Below, one piece after another: positions 47,371 through 56,910 of a stretch of DNA of 64,000 nucleotides. The stretch is from Candidatus Parcubacteria bacterium (GTDB lineage Bacteria; Patescibacteriota; Patescibacteriia; CAIXNZ01): NCBI GenBank assembly GCA_026395685.1, contig JAPLYG010000018.1, positions 288-64,287 of the forward strand. Reading direction: 5' to 3'. The stretch's first letter is position 1; each line of letters begins with the position of its first letter. The position numbers and the translations under genes were made by a program. The notes beneath the pieces are model-generated. The model made no database searches and was not told where the DNA came from. It was given only the letters and a program-made list of their open reading frames with translations.

Positions 47371-48465
47371 TTATAGAAGTATATAGTTTTGTCCTCCTAA
47401 ATTCTTAATCATACCCTTCATCTCCATTAGGCTTAAACAGCCGGAAACTAAAGAAGCAGTCAATTTTGTCGATTTTATAATATCATCAATATGTTTCGGT
47501 TCATGATTAAGGTTTTTATATATTAATTTTTCTTCAGTTGTTTGGGGCAGCACCAGCTGGTTGGATATATAACTTTTAACCTCATTAAGATTTAGTTCTT
47601 CCAAAATTTCCTGATAGTTAGTTATTAATTTGGCACCTTTTTGAATTAATTTATTCGTGCCGATAGAATTCTCATTATAAATTGAGCCTGGGACGGCGAA
47701 TACTTCGCGGTTTTGTTCCAAAGCTATATAGGCGGTAATTAATGCCCCGGATGTTTCAGCCGCTTCAATTACTAAGGTTCCTAAACTTAAACCGGAAATT
47801 ATGCGATTGCGGATCGGGAAGTTATGCTTAAGCGGCAACATGCCAATGGGAAACTCCGATATGATAGTGCCATCATGCTCTAAAATGTTTTTAGCTATAT
47901 AGCGGTTTGAAGAAGGATAAATACTGGTGGTATCTAAGCCGCTGCCTAAAACTGCGATTGTTTTTCCCTGAACATCTACTGCGCTCTGATGGGCTAAGGC
48001 ATCCACGCCAATTGCCAATCCGCTGACAATTGTGAAGCCATTTTGGGCTAAAGGCTTTACCAGTTTCGGCGTTATCTGTTTGCCATAGTTGGAAATTTTT
48101 CTGGTGCCCACAACAGCCAGATTATAGCGGCAGTTAAAATTCTTGATATTTCCTTTGATATATAATAAGGCAGGTGGATTAAAAATTTCTTTAAGCAACT
48201 CTGGATAGTCTTCATCTTTAACCGTAAGCGCGTTAATGCCTTCAGTTTGAATTTTTTCCATTTCAGTATCGGGATCAATTTGTTCTTTAGTTAAATAAAA
48301 CTCCCTGGCAATGTTTTCCTCCAGGCCGCTTTTTTGCAATTCTAAAAGATCGGCTTCCCAGGCAGCTTTCATATCAGGGAAGTGATTATAAAGTTTTTTA
48401 AACCTGTTTGCGCCGATTTTGGCAAACTGGCTGATGGCGATCCAGTATTTTAGATCATTGTTCAT
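47371..48465 (-). CDS. dprA: DNA processing protein DprA
   Basis: AVVGTRK, IVSGLAIGVD, FPIRNRIISG, REVFAVPG. Confidence 0.97.
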   Translation of the reverse strand: MNNDLKYWIAISQFAKIGANRFKKLYNHFPDMKAAWEADLLELQKSGLEENIAREFYLTKEQIDPDTEMEKIQTEGINALTVKDEDYPELLKEIFNPPALLYIKGNIKNFNCRYNLAVVGTRKISNYGKQITPKLVKPLAQNGFTIVSGLAIGVDALAHQSAVDVQGKTIAVLGSGLDTTSIYPSSNRYIAKNILEHDGTIISEFPIGMLPLKHNFPIRNRIISGLSLGTLVIEAAETSGALITAYIALEQNREVFAVPGSIYNENSIGTNKLIQKGAKLITNYQEILEELNLNEVKSYISNQLVLPQTTEEKLIYKNLNHEPKHIDDIIKSTKLTASLVSGCLSLMEMKGMIKNLGGQNYILL

Positions 48466-48726
48466 TGTTTTTATTTCCTTTTTGCGTTTATTAGGCAATT
48501 GGTGTTTAAATGATTAATAACAAATTTTTAATTTTTAGTGAATGAAATAATGATTTAATGTCTAAATTCAGACATTACAAACTTAGTCATTGAATAAAAA
48601 TTATAAATTAAAAATTAATAATTAAAGAAATGGTGCTTTTTTGTATATTATCACATAAACTTTAGTCTTGACAAAAGGTCATTTTTTTGATATGCTGGAG
48701 AATAATAAAAAATTAGTAGATTAGTA

Positions 48727-48865
48727 GCCAATTAGTATTCAGACTTCTATCTGCCAGCGCGAAATCAAAAGGGACCCTCCTCCTGATTAGAGAGTAGCTA
48801 AGTTAGGGTATTAGCCTTGTGCGAATTATTCTACGCTGGCGGGTAGTATTCTTGATAGTAATGGC
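48727..48865 (+). ncRNA. Candidate 6S-like RNA or structured leader
   Basis: Promoter TTGACA-17-TATGCT (48668-48696); closing helix 48747-48759/48834-48846, central bubble, inner stem. Confidence 0.35.
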
Positions 48866-48935
48866 AAGGGGGCTTTGAGTCTGGTATTAAGAGCCTTTTG
48901 CATAAAATCAAACCAAAGCGCAAGGAGGATTGATC

Positions 48936-49145
48936 ATGAATTGTCCGTTAATGAAAGGTGATCAAATAAAGATGTGTGGGGCTTTCCAATGCAGACTAGT
49001 TTTGTCCCCGGAGGAATTGAAGGAAGTCTGTTCCAACGACAGTTGGAGGAACTGCAGCTTTTATTTAAAGCACCAGCAACAGGGGCAACAGTTGCCGATT
49101 CATGAACACTATGACCACTATGATAAACGGCCGCCTCTGTGTTAG
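48936..49145 (+). CDS. Small Cys-rich protein (69 aa)
   Basis: AAGGAGG SD; CP-x9-C...C-x7-C spacing. Confidence 0.7.
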   Translation: MNCPLMKGDQIKMCGAFQCRLVLSPEELKEVCSNDSWRNCSFYLKHQQQGQQLPIHEHYDHYDKRPPLC

Positions 49146-49163
49146 AGCGGAGCTGCTTTAGCT

Positions 49164-49213
49164 CCCGCCTACGCTCATCCTTCACTTCGCTACGGAGGGC
49201 TTCGGCGGGCAGG
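49164..49213. repeat. Family C hairpin element ending in CAGG
   Basis: CCCGCCTACGCT...GCTTCGGCGGGCAGG; related to 41073-41106 and 11281-11299. Confidence 0.7.
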
Positions 49214-49311
49214 CGACCCTTGTCTGCCCCGCCAAAAAAATCATGCGGTTTGTCGTAAGACAGCCGCTTTTATTTTTGGGAAATAAAAAATCCGCTCATT
49301 TTTTTAAAAAA

Positions 49312-49341
49312 TGTAGGGAACGCAGATCTGCGTTCCCTACA
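49312..49341. repeat. GTAG-type perfect palindrome, copy 2, nested in the pth terminator loop
   Basis: TGTAGGGAACGCAGATCTGCGTTCCCTACA between AAAAAATCCGCTCA and TGAGCGGATTTTTT. Confidence 0.85.
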
Positions 49342-49366
49342 AATATAAATTATTTGAGCGGATTTT

Positions 49367-49939
49367 TTAATTGAATTTATTTTGAACTTTATTTAGAGGT
49401 TCCCCGTTAATTAGGAGATTAAGCGCCTCGAGTATCTGAGGAATTGAATTTTTTATAATTTTTTTGTCAGCGGGAGTGAAGTTTTGCAGGACAAATTTGT
49501 CAGCCGGCATTTTTTCGCGGAGGGAATTGGCCACGCCGACGCGAATGCGGATAAAACCTTTACTGCCCAGTTCTTTAATAATTGACTCTACGCCATTATT
49601 GCCGCCGGAACTTGCGTCTTGGGAAATTCTGATTTTGCCGAGTGCTAAATCAATATCATCATGAACTACGATTATATTTTCCAGCTTGATTTTGAAAAAA
49701 GTCTTAATAGTTTTGACTGCCTGGCCAGAATTGTTCATAAAAGTTTGGGGCTTAGCCAGGATAAAATTAGCGCCTTTCGCAATTTCGGCTTTAAATTTTT
49801 TTTCCAATTTAAATGTCGGTACAACACCGAATAAATTCGGTATTACCCGAGCAGCATCTAAGGCTTGAAAGCCAATGTTATGGCGGTTATTTTTGTATTC
49901 TTGGCCGGGGTTGCCCAGACCGACTATTAATTTAGTCAT
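49367..49939 (-). CDS. pth: Peptidyl-tRNA hydrolase
   Basis: LIVGLGNPG..Y..NRHNIGF, KPQTFMNNSG, VHDDID. Confidence 0.97.
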   Translation of the reverse strand: MTKLIVGLGNPGQEYKNNRHNIGFQALDAARVIPNLFGVVPTFKLEKKFKAEIAKGANFILAKPQTFMNNSGQAVKTIKTFFKIKLENIIVVHDDIDLALGKIRISQDASSGGNNGVESIIKELGSKGFIRIRVGVANSLREKMPADKFVLQNFTPADKKIIKNSIPQILEALNLLINGEPLNKVQNKFN

Positions 49940-50081
49940 ATTTTTTTAAAAATCCTCAATAATCAAGTGCCAATAATCAAGCAATATCAAATAAATAAAT
50001 CCTAAATTCTAAACCTTTGGTAATTATATTTTTAAATTTAGAATTTGTTGGATGATTGATTATGGTGTATTGATTATTAAA

Positions 50082-50951
50082 TTATGGCAATTTATTCGCA
50101 ATTATATTTAAAACTTGGGGCAGAATTCTTACATCCAAATAGGGGAGCTCGAAATTGTCGCCGTCTATTTGTTTGGGAACTTTTTTATGCAACGGTAAAA
50201 TATAAATTCTTTTAGCTTTAAAAAATTCATAGCGCCAGTCTTTTAAATAATAACCTTTAATTAGCCGAAAGGCAATTATCCCCAAATCTCTAAGATTTAG
50301 TGTTTTTAAGATGCTTAAGCTTAAATAGCCATCATTTATTTTGGAGGCAGGATTAAGATTAAAATTGAAAAATCTGGCAAAGTTGGATATAAATACGCTC
50401 TGGGCAGTCACGGTATATGACTCATCATCAATTTTTATAAAATATTTATTGGCATGAGTATTGAAAAATGAATATATAAGGCTAAAGATATAAGCCAGAA
50501 ATCCCCAGGCTTTTTTTAATTTGCGCGAAGTATTTTTAATTACTTTGGCGTCAAATCCGCAACCGGTGGCAATTAAGAAGTATTCACGGTTATTGATAAG
50601 ACCGGCATCAATTTTTTGGATTTTTTCGCTCAGCCCCAGTTTCAAGGCTTTGCCAAGATCGAAGGGGATGCCTAAAGCAGAAGCTAAAATATTGGCACTG
50701 CCAATGGGAATAATGGCAATTGGGGTCTGGCTGTGAGCACTAATAATCCAGGCCGCTACTTCTTTGATAGTGCCATCGCCCCCAGCGACAAAAATACGTT
50801 CAAAACTGTCCGGGTTAAGACCGATAAATGAGCCGGTGGACAGGTCATGCCAGTGATAATCCAGATTCAGCTGCTTGCAGATGCTCCTGATCTGCCGGTC
50901 TTTGGCTCTTTTTTTACCGGCCATGGGATTGTAAATAATTAATGCGTTCAT
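50082..50951 (-). CDS. Diacylglycerol/lipid kinase family protein
   Basis: IYNPMAG, AGGDGTI, IPIGSAN, GCGFDA, QIDGD. Confidence 0.92.
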   Translation of the reverse strand: MNALIIYNPMAGKKRAKDRQIRSICKQLNLDYHWHDLSTGSFIGLNPDSFERIFVAGGDGTIKEVAAWIISAHSQTPIAIIPIGSANILASALGIPFDLGKALKLGLSEKIQKIDAGLINNREYFLIATGCGFDAKVIKNTSRKLKKAWGFLAYIFSLIYSFFNTHANKYFIKIDDESYTVTAQSVFISNFARFFNFNLNPASKINDGYLSLSILKTLNLRDLGIIAFRLIKGYYLKDWRYEFFKAKRIYILPLHKKVPKQIDGDNFELPYLDVRILPQVLNIIANKLP

Positions 50952-52324
50952 GAATCTTTTAGATTGATTTCAATCGGCGTGCCGATCAGATCAAACTCTG
51001 TGCGTAATGAATTTTCCAGATAGCGTAAATAGGACTGATTTAGCTGGTCCTGCTTGCGCAATTTAATTTCAAAAATTGGAGGATTTGTTTTTACCTGCGT
51101 CAGACCGAATAAAAACGGATGAGTAAAGCCTTTAGAGCGCGATGGTCTGTGCCTTTTTATGGTTTTCTTTAAGAACGTGTCTAAAGGTTTATCTTTGATT
51201 TGAATTTGTCTTTTTTTATAAACCTCAAGCGCCAGATCCAGAACATTTTGCGTGCCTTTTTGCGTCTTGGCGGAAACGAAAATAATCGGCGCCCAGGTTA
51301 AATAGGGGAAATAGCGGTAAATATATTTGGTAAAATTGTTTTGGGTTTTGTCATCTTTATCAACAATCAGATCCCATTTGTTGGCGACGATAATAATGCT
51401 GGCTTTTGATTTTATCAGGACATCGCTCAATTTGTTGTCCTGGACAGAAATTGGTTCGCTGATATCCAAAATTAAAAGACAAATATCAGAATGACGCGCA
51501 TTTTCCAGGCTTCTTTTGACAGAAGTATGTTCCAGTCCGACATTTACTTTAGACTGTTTACGCACGCCGGCAGTATCGACTAATATTATTTTTTGGTTAT
51601 TATATTCCAGTTCAATATCGATTGATTCTCTGGTCGTAAACGGAATAGGTGAGACAATTACTCTTTCTTCCCCCAAAATGGCATTTAATAATGACGATTT
51701 GCCGACATTGGGCTTGCCTACCATGGTGATTTTTAAGGCTTTTTCTTTTTCCGGCTTTTCTCCCTTTTTTAGGAGGTGTTTATTTACTAAAGTTTCAGTA
51801 ATTGCATCCAATAAATCACCGGTGCCTAGTCCGTTTTTAGCGGAAATGCAAACTGGTGCGCCCAGTCCCAGCTTGAAAAATTCTGTAGTCTGAGGCTGCC
51901 TGTTAATAGAATCCATTTTATTGGCAACCAGAATAATCGGTTTTGCGGGCAGTAATTTCTCCAGTGATCTTTTTAATTCTCGGTCTTGCGCCAAGACACC
52001 GACTTGGGTATCAACTACAAAAACGATCAGGTCTGCTTCTTTAAGGACTTGTTGGGTTTTTCTTATTATTTCTACGGCAAAATCAAGATTTAATTTAGGT
52101 GCTAGATTTTTCAGCTTTTTTTTCGGAAGAATAGTATCTATGCCGCCAGTATCGATCAATTCAAAATTATATCCCTGCCAATAAACCTGTCCGACATTAA
52201 AATCTCTGGTTGTGCCGGCAAGCGGAGAAGTAAGGGATTTTGATTGTTCAATCAGCCGGTTAAATAAAGTTGATTTGCCGGTATTAGCCCGTCCGAAGAT
52301 TATTACGCGAGGATATTTTTTCAT
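50948..52324 (-). CDS. der: Ribosome biogenesis GTPase Der (EngA)
   Basis: Two G domains: GRANTGKS/DTGG/NKMD and GKPNVGKS/DTAG/NKWD. Confidence 0.96.
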   Translation of the reverse strand: MKKYPRVIIFGRANTGKSTLFNRLIEQSKSLTSPLAGTTRDFNVGQVYWQGYNFELIDTGGIDTILPKKKLKNLAPKLNLDFAVEIIRKTQQVLKEADLIVFVVDTQVGVLAQDRELKRSLEKLLPAKPIILVANKMDSINRQPQTTEFFKLGLGAPVCISAKNGLGTGDLLDAITETLVNKHLLKKGEKPEKEKALKITMVGKPNVGKSSLLNAILGEERVIVSPIPFTTRESIDIELEYNNQKIILVDTAGVRKQSKVNVGLEHTSVKRSLENARHSDICLLILDISEPISVQDNKLSDVLIKSKASIIIVANKWDLIVDKDDKTQNNFTKYIYRYFPYLTWAPIIFVSAKTQKGTQNVLDLALEVYKKRQIQIKDKPLDTFLKKTIKRHRPSRSKGFTHPFLFGLTQVKTNPPIFEIKLRKQDQLNQSYLRYLENSLRTEFDLIGTPIEINLKDS

Positions 52325-52386
52325 AAATTCAAATATTGCTAATTCGTAATAGCTTTAAGTATTAGTAGTAAAAATTTAAATTAAGT

Positions 52387-53772
52387 TTATGGTAGTTTTG
52401 ATATTGACTTAAGGTCTTGGCCTAAGATAATTAAAAAGTCAGCTTCAATATTGTCGCTTGTCATCCAGTCCGGTTTAGTGTCTGTTAACTTTGCCTGCAG
52501 TTTTGTTTGCAGCTCTGTAAGCTGTTCTGCTTTTTGACCCTGGGTTAAATCATATATAAGAGTGTTGGAATAGTCTTGTTTTGACGCATTGCCTATTTTG
52601 GTAATCTTGTAGCCATCGGCTTTCAAGGTAACGGAAGTCCTGTAAGCCAGGCCTTCTATTTTAGTGCCGTTTTGGATTTCTAATTTTACAATTTCTACTG
52701 CTTTCTGCTGCTTTTGCGGGTCAAAAACATATTTGACAATGTTTTGCAGCTGTTTGAAAGACATGTCTTTGGGCAAAAGCAAATAGGCGCCGTTTATGTT
52801 GGTGGCAAAAAGCGGACCATTTGGTTCAACCTCTAAAACAACATTATTAATATTTGAAGTATCAATTTTTTTTGCCAGTTTATAGAATTTGTAAATTTCC
52901 CAGGGTTCCAGATTGGTTGTGACATGGTCTTTATACATATCTAACAGTGCACTGATTTTGCGGTAGCTTATGAAAGTACTGAAAGATAAAGCCTTGTCTT
53001 TGATGGCCTGAAGGACTTTTTGTTGGCGCTTGCTGCGGGCAAAATCAGAGTTTTCTCCGTTGGTGCCGTGGCGTGACCGTGCATAATTAAGCGCTGTCTT
53101 GCCGTCCATTTTTTGCCAGCCTTGTCGGAAAGATACTGTCTGGTAGCCAAAGTCGTCAGTCGGGAATTGGGGATCGGAAAAGGCATTTTCAACATTGATT
53201 TTAATGCCACCAAGTTCGTCAATTAATTTTTCAAATCCTGAGAAATCAACCCTGACATAATAATGAATCGGCTGGTTAAAGGTTTTATTCACTACCTCAG
53301 AGGCAAACTGGGCGCCATTGCCGTTTTGGTCTGTCTCTCCGAAACTGTTGGCATTATTTATTTTACGCCAGCCATAACCCGGAATCGGCACTGATAAATC
53401 TCGCGGAATAGAAATCATCGAAATTTTATTTTCTGATGGCTTGAGGGAGGTCAAAATTATGGTATCGGTCAGATAGGGCCCAGGATGGCCAGCGCCGCCC
53501 ATGCCAAGCAATAATATATTAATGCGGTCATCTGCTTCGCCTTTAAGCAGCTTTTCATTATCCAAACTAAAGCCGATATTCTGAAAAATATTTATTTTTT
53601 CCAGGTTATCAATCACGCTTTCCCCGGATAAAATCACTTCTACTGAAAACACCAAAAAAAAGACCGCGATAAAAATAAGGGGATAAAAAAGCAGTTTTAA
53701 AAAACTGACAGGCTGACGGGTCTCCCCCTCTTTCTTATTGGAACGAAGCAGGTTGATTTTGGGTTGGGTCAT
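52387..53772 (-). CDS. LCP (LytR-CpsA-Psr) family protein with LytR_C domain
   Basis: INILLLG, LTDTI, ISIPRDL, YARSRH, SDFARSKRQQ, IQNGT..EGLA. Confidence 0.93.
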   Translation of the reverse strand: MTQPKINLLRSNKKEGETRQPVSFLKLLFYPLIFIAVFFLVFSVEVILSGESVIDNLEKINIFQNIGFSLDNEKLLKGEADDRINILLLGMGGAGHPGPYLTDTIILTSLKPSENKISMISIPRDLSVPIPGYGWRKINNANSFGETDQNGNGAQFASEVVNKTFNQPIHYYVRVDFSGFEKLIDELGGIKINVENAFSDPQFPTDDFGYQTVSFRQGWQKMDGKTALNYARSRHGTNGENSDFARSKRQQKVLQAIKDKALSFSTFISYRKISALLDMYKDHVTTNLEPWEIYKFYKLAKKIDTSNINNVVLEVEPNGPLFATNINGAYLLLPKDMSFKQLQNIVKYVFDPQKQQKAVEIVKLEIQNGTKIEGLAYRTSVTLKADGYKITKIGNASKQDYSNTLIYDLTQGQKAEQLTELQTKLQAKLTDTKPDWMTSDNIEADFLIILGQDLKSISKLP

Positions 53773-53938
53773 GTGGATAAACTTAAAATTTAGAGAAAAT
53801 TAGTCTCTCCTATATATATTTAACCAGAAAAAAAGATAAAAATCAAGTTTTATCGTTGGGATTATGCAATTTGCCTTTCTTTGTTTTTTATGATATTATT
53901 TTACTAATCGTTTATATTATTAAACAGATATATAAAGT

Positions 53939-54568
53939 ATGAACAAAAATAATGATCAAGATGAGCAGTTTGAATGGAATACAAAGTCATCTTATGATTC
54001 GCTGTTAAAAACAGTGGGGGAATTTTTTGTTGAAATTGTTAAGGTGGTTATAATTTCTTTGGCAATAATTATCCCGGTCAGATATTTTCTGATCCAGCCT
54101 TTTTATGTCAAAGGCGCTTCCATGGAGCCGAATTTTTATGATCATGAATATCTGATCATTAATGAAATATCGTATCGTTTTACCGGACCGGAACGCGGGG
54201 ATATTATTATTTTCCGCTATCCCAAAGACCCGAGTCAGTATTTTATTAAGAGAGTAATCGGATTGCCTGGGGATATCATTAAGCTTAAGGATAATAAAAT
54301 ATATATTAAGACTAAAGAGACTTCTGATTTTGTAGCCTTAGATGAAACAGAATATTTAAATGAAGATGTGAACACTCTAAGTTTCGGGCGTTCTGATTAT
54401 GAGCTGGAAGCGGATCAGTTTTTTGTAATGGGAGATAATCGTGAACAAAGTTTGGATTCCCGCCGGTTCGGACCCATCGATAGGCGCCTGATTATTGGTA
54501 AAGCTTGGATTAGGGGCTGGCCGTTTGATAAGGTTACGATTTTTAAAACACCGCAGTTTAATTTTTAA
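53939..54568 (+). CDS. lepB: Signal peptidase I
   Basis: GASMEP, FIKRVIGLPGD, MGDNR..SLDSR. Confidence 0.97.
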   Translation: MNKNNDQDEQFEWNTKSSYDSLLKTVGEFFVEIVKVVIISLAIIIPVRYFLIQPFYVKGASMEPNFYDHEYLIINEISYRFTGPERGDIIIFRYPKDPSQYFIKRVIGLPGDIIKLKDNKIYIKTKETSDFVALDETEYLNEDVNTLSFGRSDYELEADQFFVMGDNREQSLDSRRFGPIDRRLIIGKAWIRGWPFDKVTIFKTPQFNF

Positions 54569-54635
54569 GCCTTAAATTTTTAGTGGTTAAATTAAAAAAT
54601 ATTTTATATTCAATTTAAATTTTAATTTTTCCGTT

Positions 54636-56042
54636 ATGGCTAAGCTTAAGAAGAAAGAAAAAAATGTGAAAAAAAATATTAAGCCGATTAAAACAGAAAA
54701 GGCTGATGAGGCTAAAAATTTTAAGGTTTCTAAAAAGACGCCCCAGGTTTTGCGCGGGTTTAAAGATATTTTGCCGGGCGAACAAAGATATTGGGATTTG
54801 CTTTATGCAAAAGTTGCAAATTTGACGACAGATTACGGTTTTGAGAGGATTGATTTACCCTTACTGGAAGAAACTTCGTTATTCATCCGTTCAGTCGGCA
54901 AGGAGACAGATATTGTTGATAAGGAAATGTTTTCCTTTGTTGACCGCGGCAATGAAAATGTAAGTTTACGTCCTGAGGCAACTGCGCAAATTGCGCGTGC
55001 CTACATAAATCATGGCATGTTTAATCTGCCCCAGCCGGTTAAATTATATTATCTTGGTCCCATGTTCCGTTATGACCGTCCTCAGTCAGGCCGTTATCGC
55101 CAGTTTTACCAGTTTGGCGTGGAGGTTTTGGGAGATAAGCAGCCTGTTTTGGATGCCCAGATTATTATTATGGCCTATAATTTTTTAACCAGCATTGGCT
55201 TGCCGGTTAATGTTCAGGTTAATAGCATTGGCTGCAATAATTGCCGCAAGGAATATAAAGTGCAACTGGTTAATTTTTATAAGAGCCAAAAGCATGATTT
55301 ATGCGAGGACTGCAAGGAACGCTTGCCGAAAAATCCCTTAAGGCTTTTGGACTGCAAGGAAGAAAAATGTTCGGCCATTAAAGAAGATGCTCCCCAAATC
55401 GTAGATTTTTTATGTGATGAATGCAAATCACATTTTATGAAGGTTCTGGAATTCTTGGAAGAGCTGGAAATTCCCTACAGTTTGAATTCCCAATTGGTGC
55501 GCGGTTTAGATTATTATACAAAAACAGTATTTGAAATCTGGCCTCAGGCGGAACAGGCTGCTTTAGACAAACAGCCAGAGCCGGGCGCGGAAGATAAAAA
55601 AGCGCAGATTGCCCTGGCAGGCGGCGGCAGATATGATAATTTGGTTGAAATTTTGGGCGGACGTCCGACTCCGGCCGTGGGTTTTTCCATTGGCCTGGAA
55701 CGCGTGATTTTGAAAATAAAAGAATTGAATCTGGCTGTGCCGGAAAAGGAAAAACGCGATATTTTTGTCGCACAGTTGGGTGAATCAGCGAAGAGAAAAG
55801 CAATGAAACTTTATGAGACATTACGCAGTGAAGGCTTCAAGGTGGCAGAATGCTTTGCCAAAGACGGCTTGAAAAACCAGCTGGAAGTAGCCAATAAACT
55901 AGGGGTAAAATATACTTTAATTCTGGGACAGAAAGAGCTGTCAGAGGGTACAATTTTGCTGCGCGATATGGATGCCGGATCGCAAGAAACGCTGAATTTT
56001 AATAAGGTAGTTAAAGATATAAAAAAACGGCTGGAAGTTTAA
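54636..56042 (+). CDS. hisS: Histidine--tRNA ligase
   Basis: LRPEATA, FRYDRPQSGRYRQF, LVRGLDYY, GGGRYD. Confidence 0.99.
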   Translation: MAKLKKKEKNVKKNIKPIKTEKADEAKNFKVSKKTPQVLRGFKDILPGEQRYWDLLYAKVANLTTDYGFERIDLPLLEETSLFIRSVGKETDIVDKEMFSFVDRGNENVSLRPEATAQIARAYINHGMFNLPQPVKLYYLGPMFRYDRPQSGRYRQFYQFGVEVLGDKQPVLDAQIIIMAYNFLTSIGLPVNVQVNSIGCNNCRKEYKVQLVNFYKSQKHDLCEDCKERLPKNPLRLLDCKEEKCSAIKEDAPQIVDFLCDECKSHFMKVLEFLEELEIPYSLNSQLVRGLDYYTKTVFEIWPQAEQAALDKQPEPGAEDKKAQIALAGGGRYDNLVEILGGRPTPAVGFSIGLERVILKIKELNLAVPEKEKRDIFVAQLGESAKRKAMKLYETLRSEGFKVAECFAKDGLKNQLEVANKLGVKYTLILGQKELSEGTILLRDMDAGSQETLNFNKVVKDIKKRLEV

Positions 56043-56184
56043 AATATAATAGCAAAATAATAGAGAAAGGCGTTAACTAAGGTTAGCGCTTTTCTTTTGT
56101 ATTTATTAACAGGCATTTTATTTGACGTATTAGCCAAATCCTGATATATTTAAATTAACTTTTTATAGAAAGGAGATAACCTAA

Positions 56185-56421
56185 ATGAGTGAAGTAAAAC
56201 GTAAAAAAGGAGAGACATTTGAAAGCCTTTTAAGACGCTTTAGCAAACGTATGATTCAGAGCGGAAAAATACTGCAAGCCAAAAAAATTAGGTTTATTCA
56301 AAAACCAGAAAATAAAAACTTGAATAAAAAATTAGCTTTGCGCCGCTTAAAGATTAAAACTAAAAAAGATTATTTAAAAAAGATCGGCAAGGAAGTTGAG
56401 GAAACCAGAAACAGAAGGTAA
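56185..56421 (+). CDS. rpsU: 30S ribosomal protein S21
   Basis: EVKRKKGETFESLLRRFSKR; upstream of yqeY as is typical. Confidence 0.8.
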   Translation: MSEVKRKKGETFESLLRRFSKRMIQSGKILQAKKIRFIQKPENKNLNKKLALRRLKIKTKKDYLKKIGKEVEETRNRR

Positions 56422-56450
56422 TCTTTAACTTGGCGCTTTAATTTAAATCA

Positions 56451-56900
56451 ATGTCTATCTTAGAACAAATTGCCAGTGATTTTCAGCAGGCTCTTAAGGA
56501 CAGGGATATGGGCAGAATCGGAATTTTGCGCCTGATTAATGCTGCCACTAAAAATGAACGAATTAAAAAAATGGCTGATTTGACCGATGAAGATGTAATT
56601 AAGGTTCTAAAAAGTGAAATAAAGAAGCGCAAAGAAGCGATTGTTGATTATACAAAGGGAGCCCGCCAGGATTTGATTGACAAGGAACAAGCGGAAATTG
56701 TAGCGATTGAAAAATATCTGCCGCAACAAATGGGAGAGGATGAACTGCGGTCCAAAATAGCCGCCATCATTGAGGCTTTGGAAGAAAAGGATAATATCGG
56801 CAAGGTTATGGGCAAAGTAATGGCCGAACTCAAGGGGCAGGCAGACGGAACCCTGGTCAAAAAAATCGTTGAAGAATTATTAAATAAAGAGAAAAATTAA
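56451..56900 (+). CDS. GatB/YqeY domain protein
   Basis: EIKKRKEAI..Y..GAR.DL..KE..EI..IEKYLP, GKVM..LKGQADG. Confidence 0.93.
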   Translation: MSILEQIASDFQQALKDRDMGRIGILRLINAATKNERIKKMADLTDEDVIKVLKSEIKKRKEAIVDYTKGARQDLIDKEQAEIVAIEKYLPQQMGEDELRSKIAAIIEALEEKDNIGKVMGKVMAELKGQADGTLVKKIVEELLNKEKN

Positions 56901-56910
56901 AAATAATCCC

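Noticed and set aside
53772-53780. Single perfect DnaA box TGTGGATAA at the LCP gene start
   Set aside because: Isolated 9-mer, plausible by chance in 64 kb
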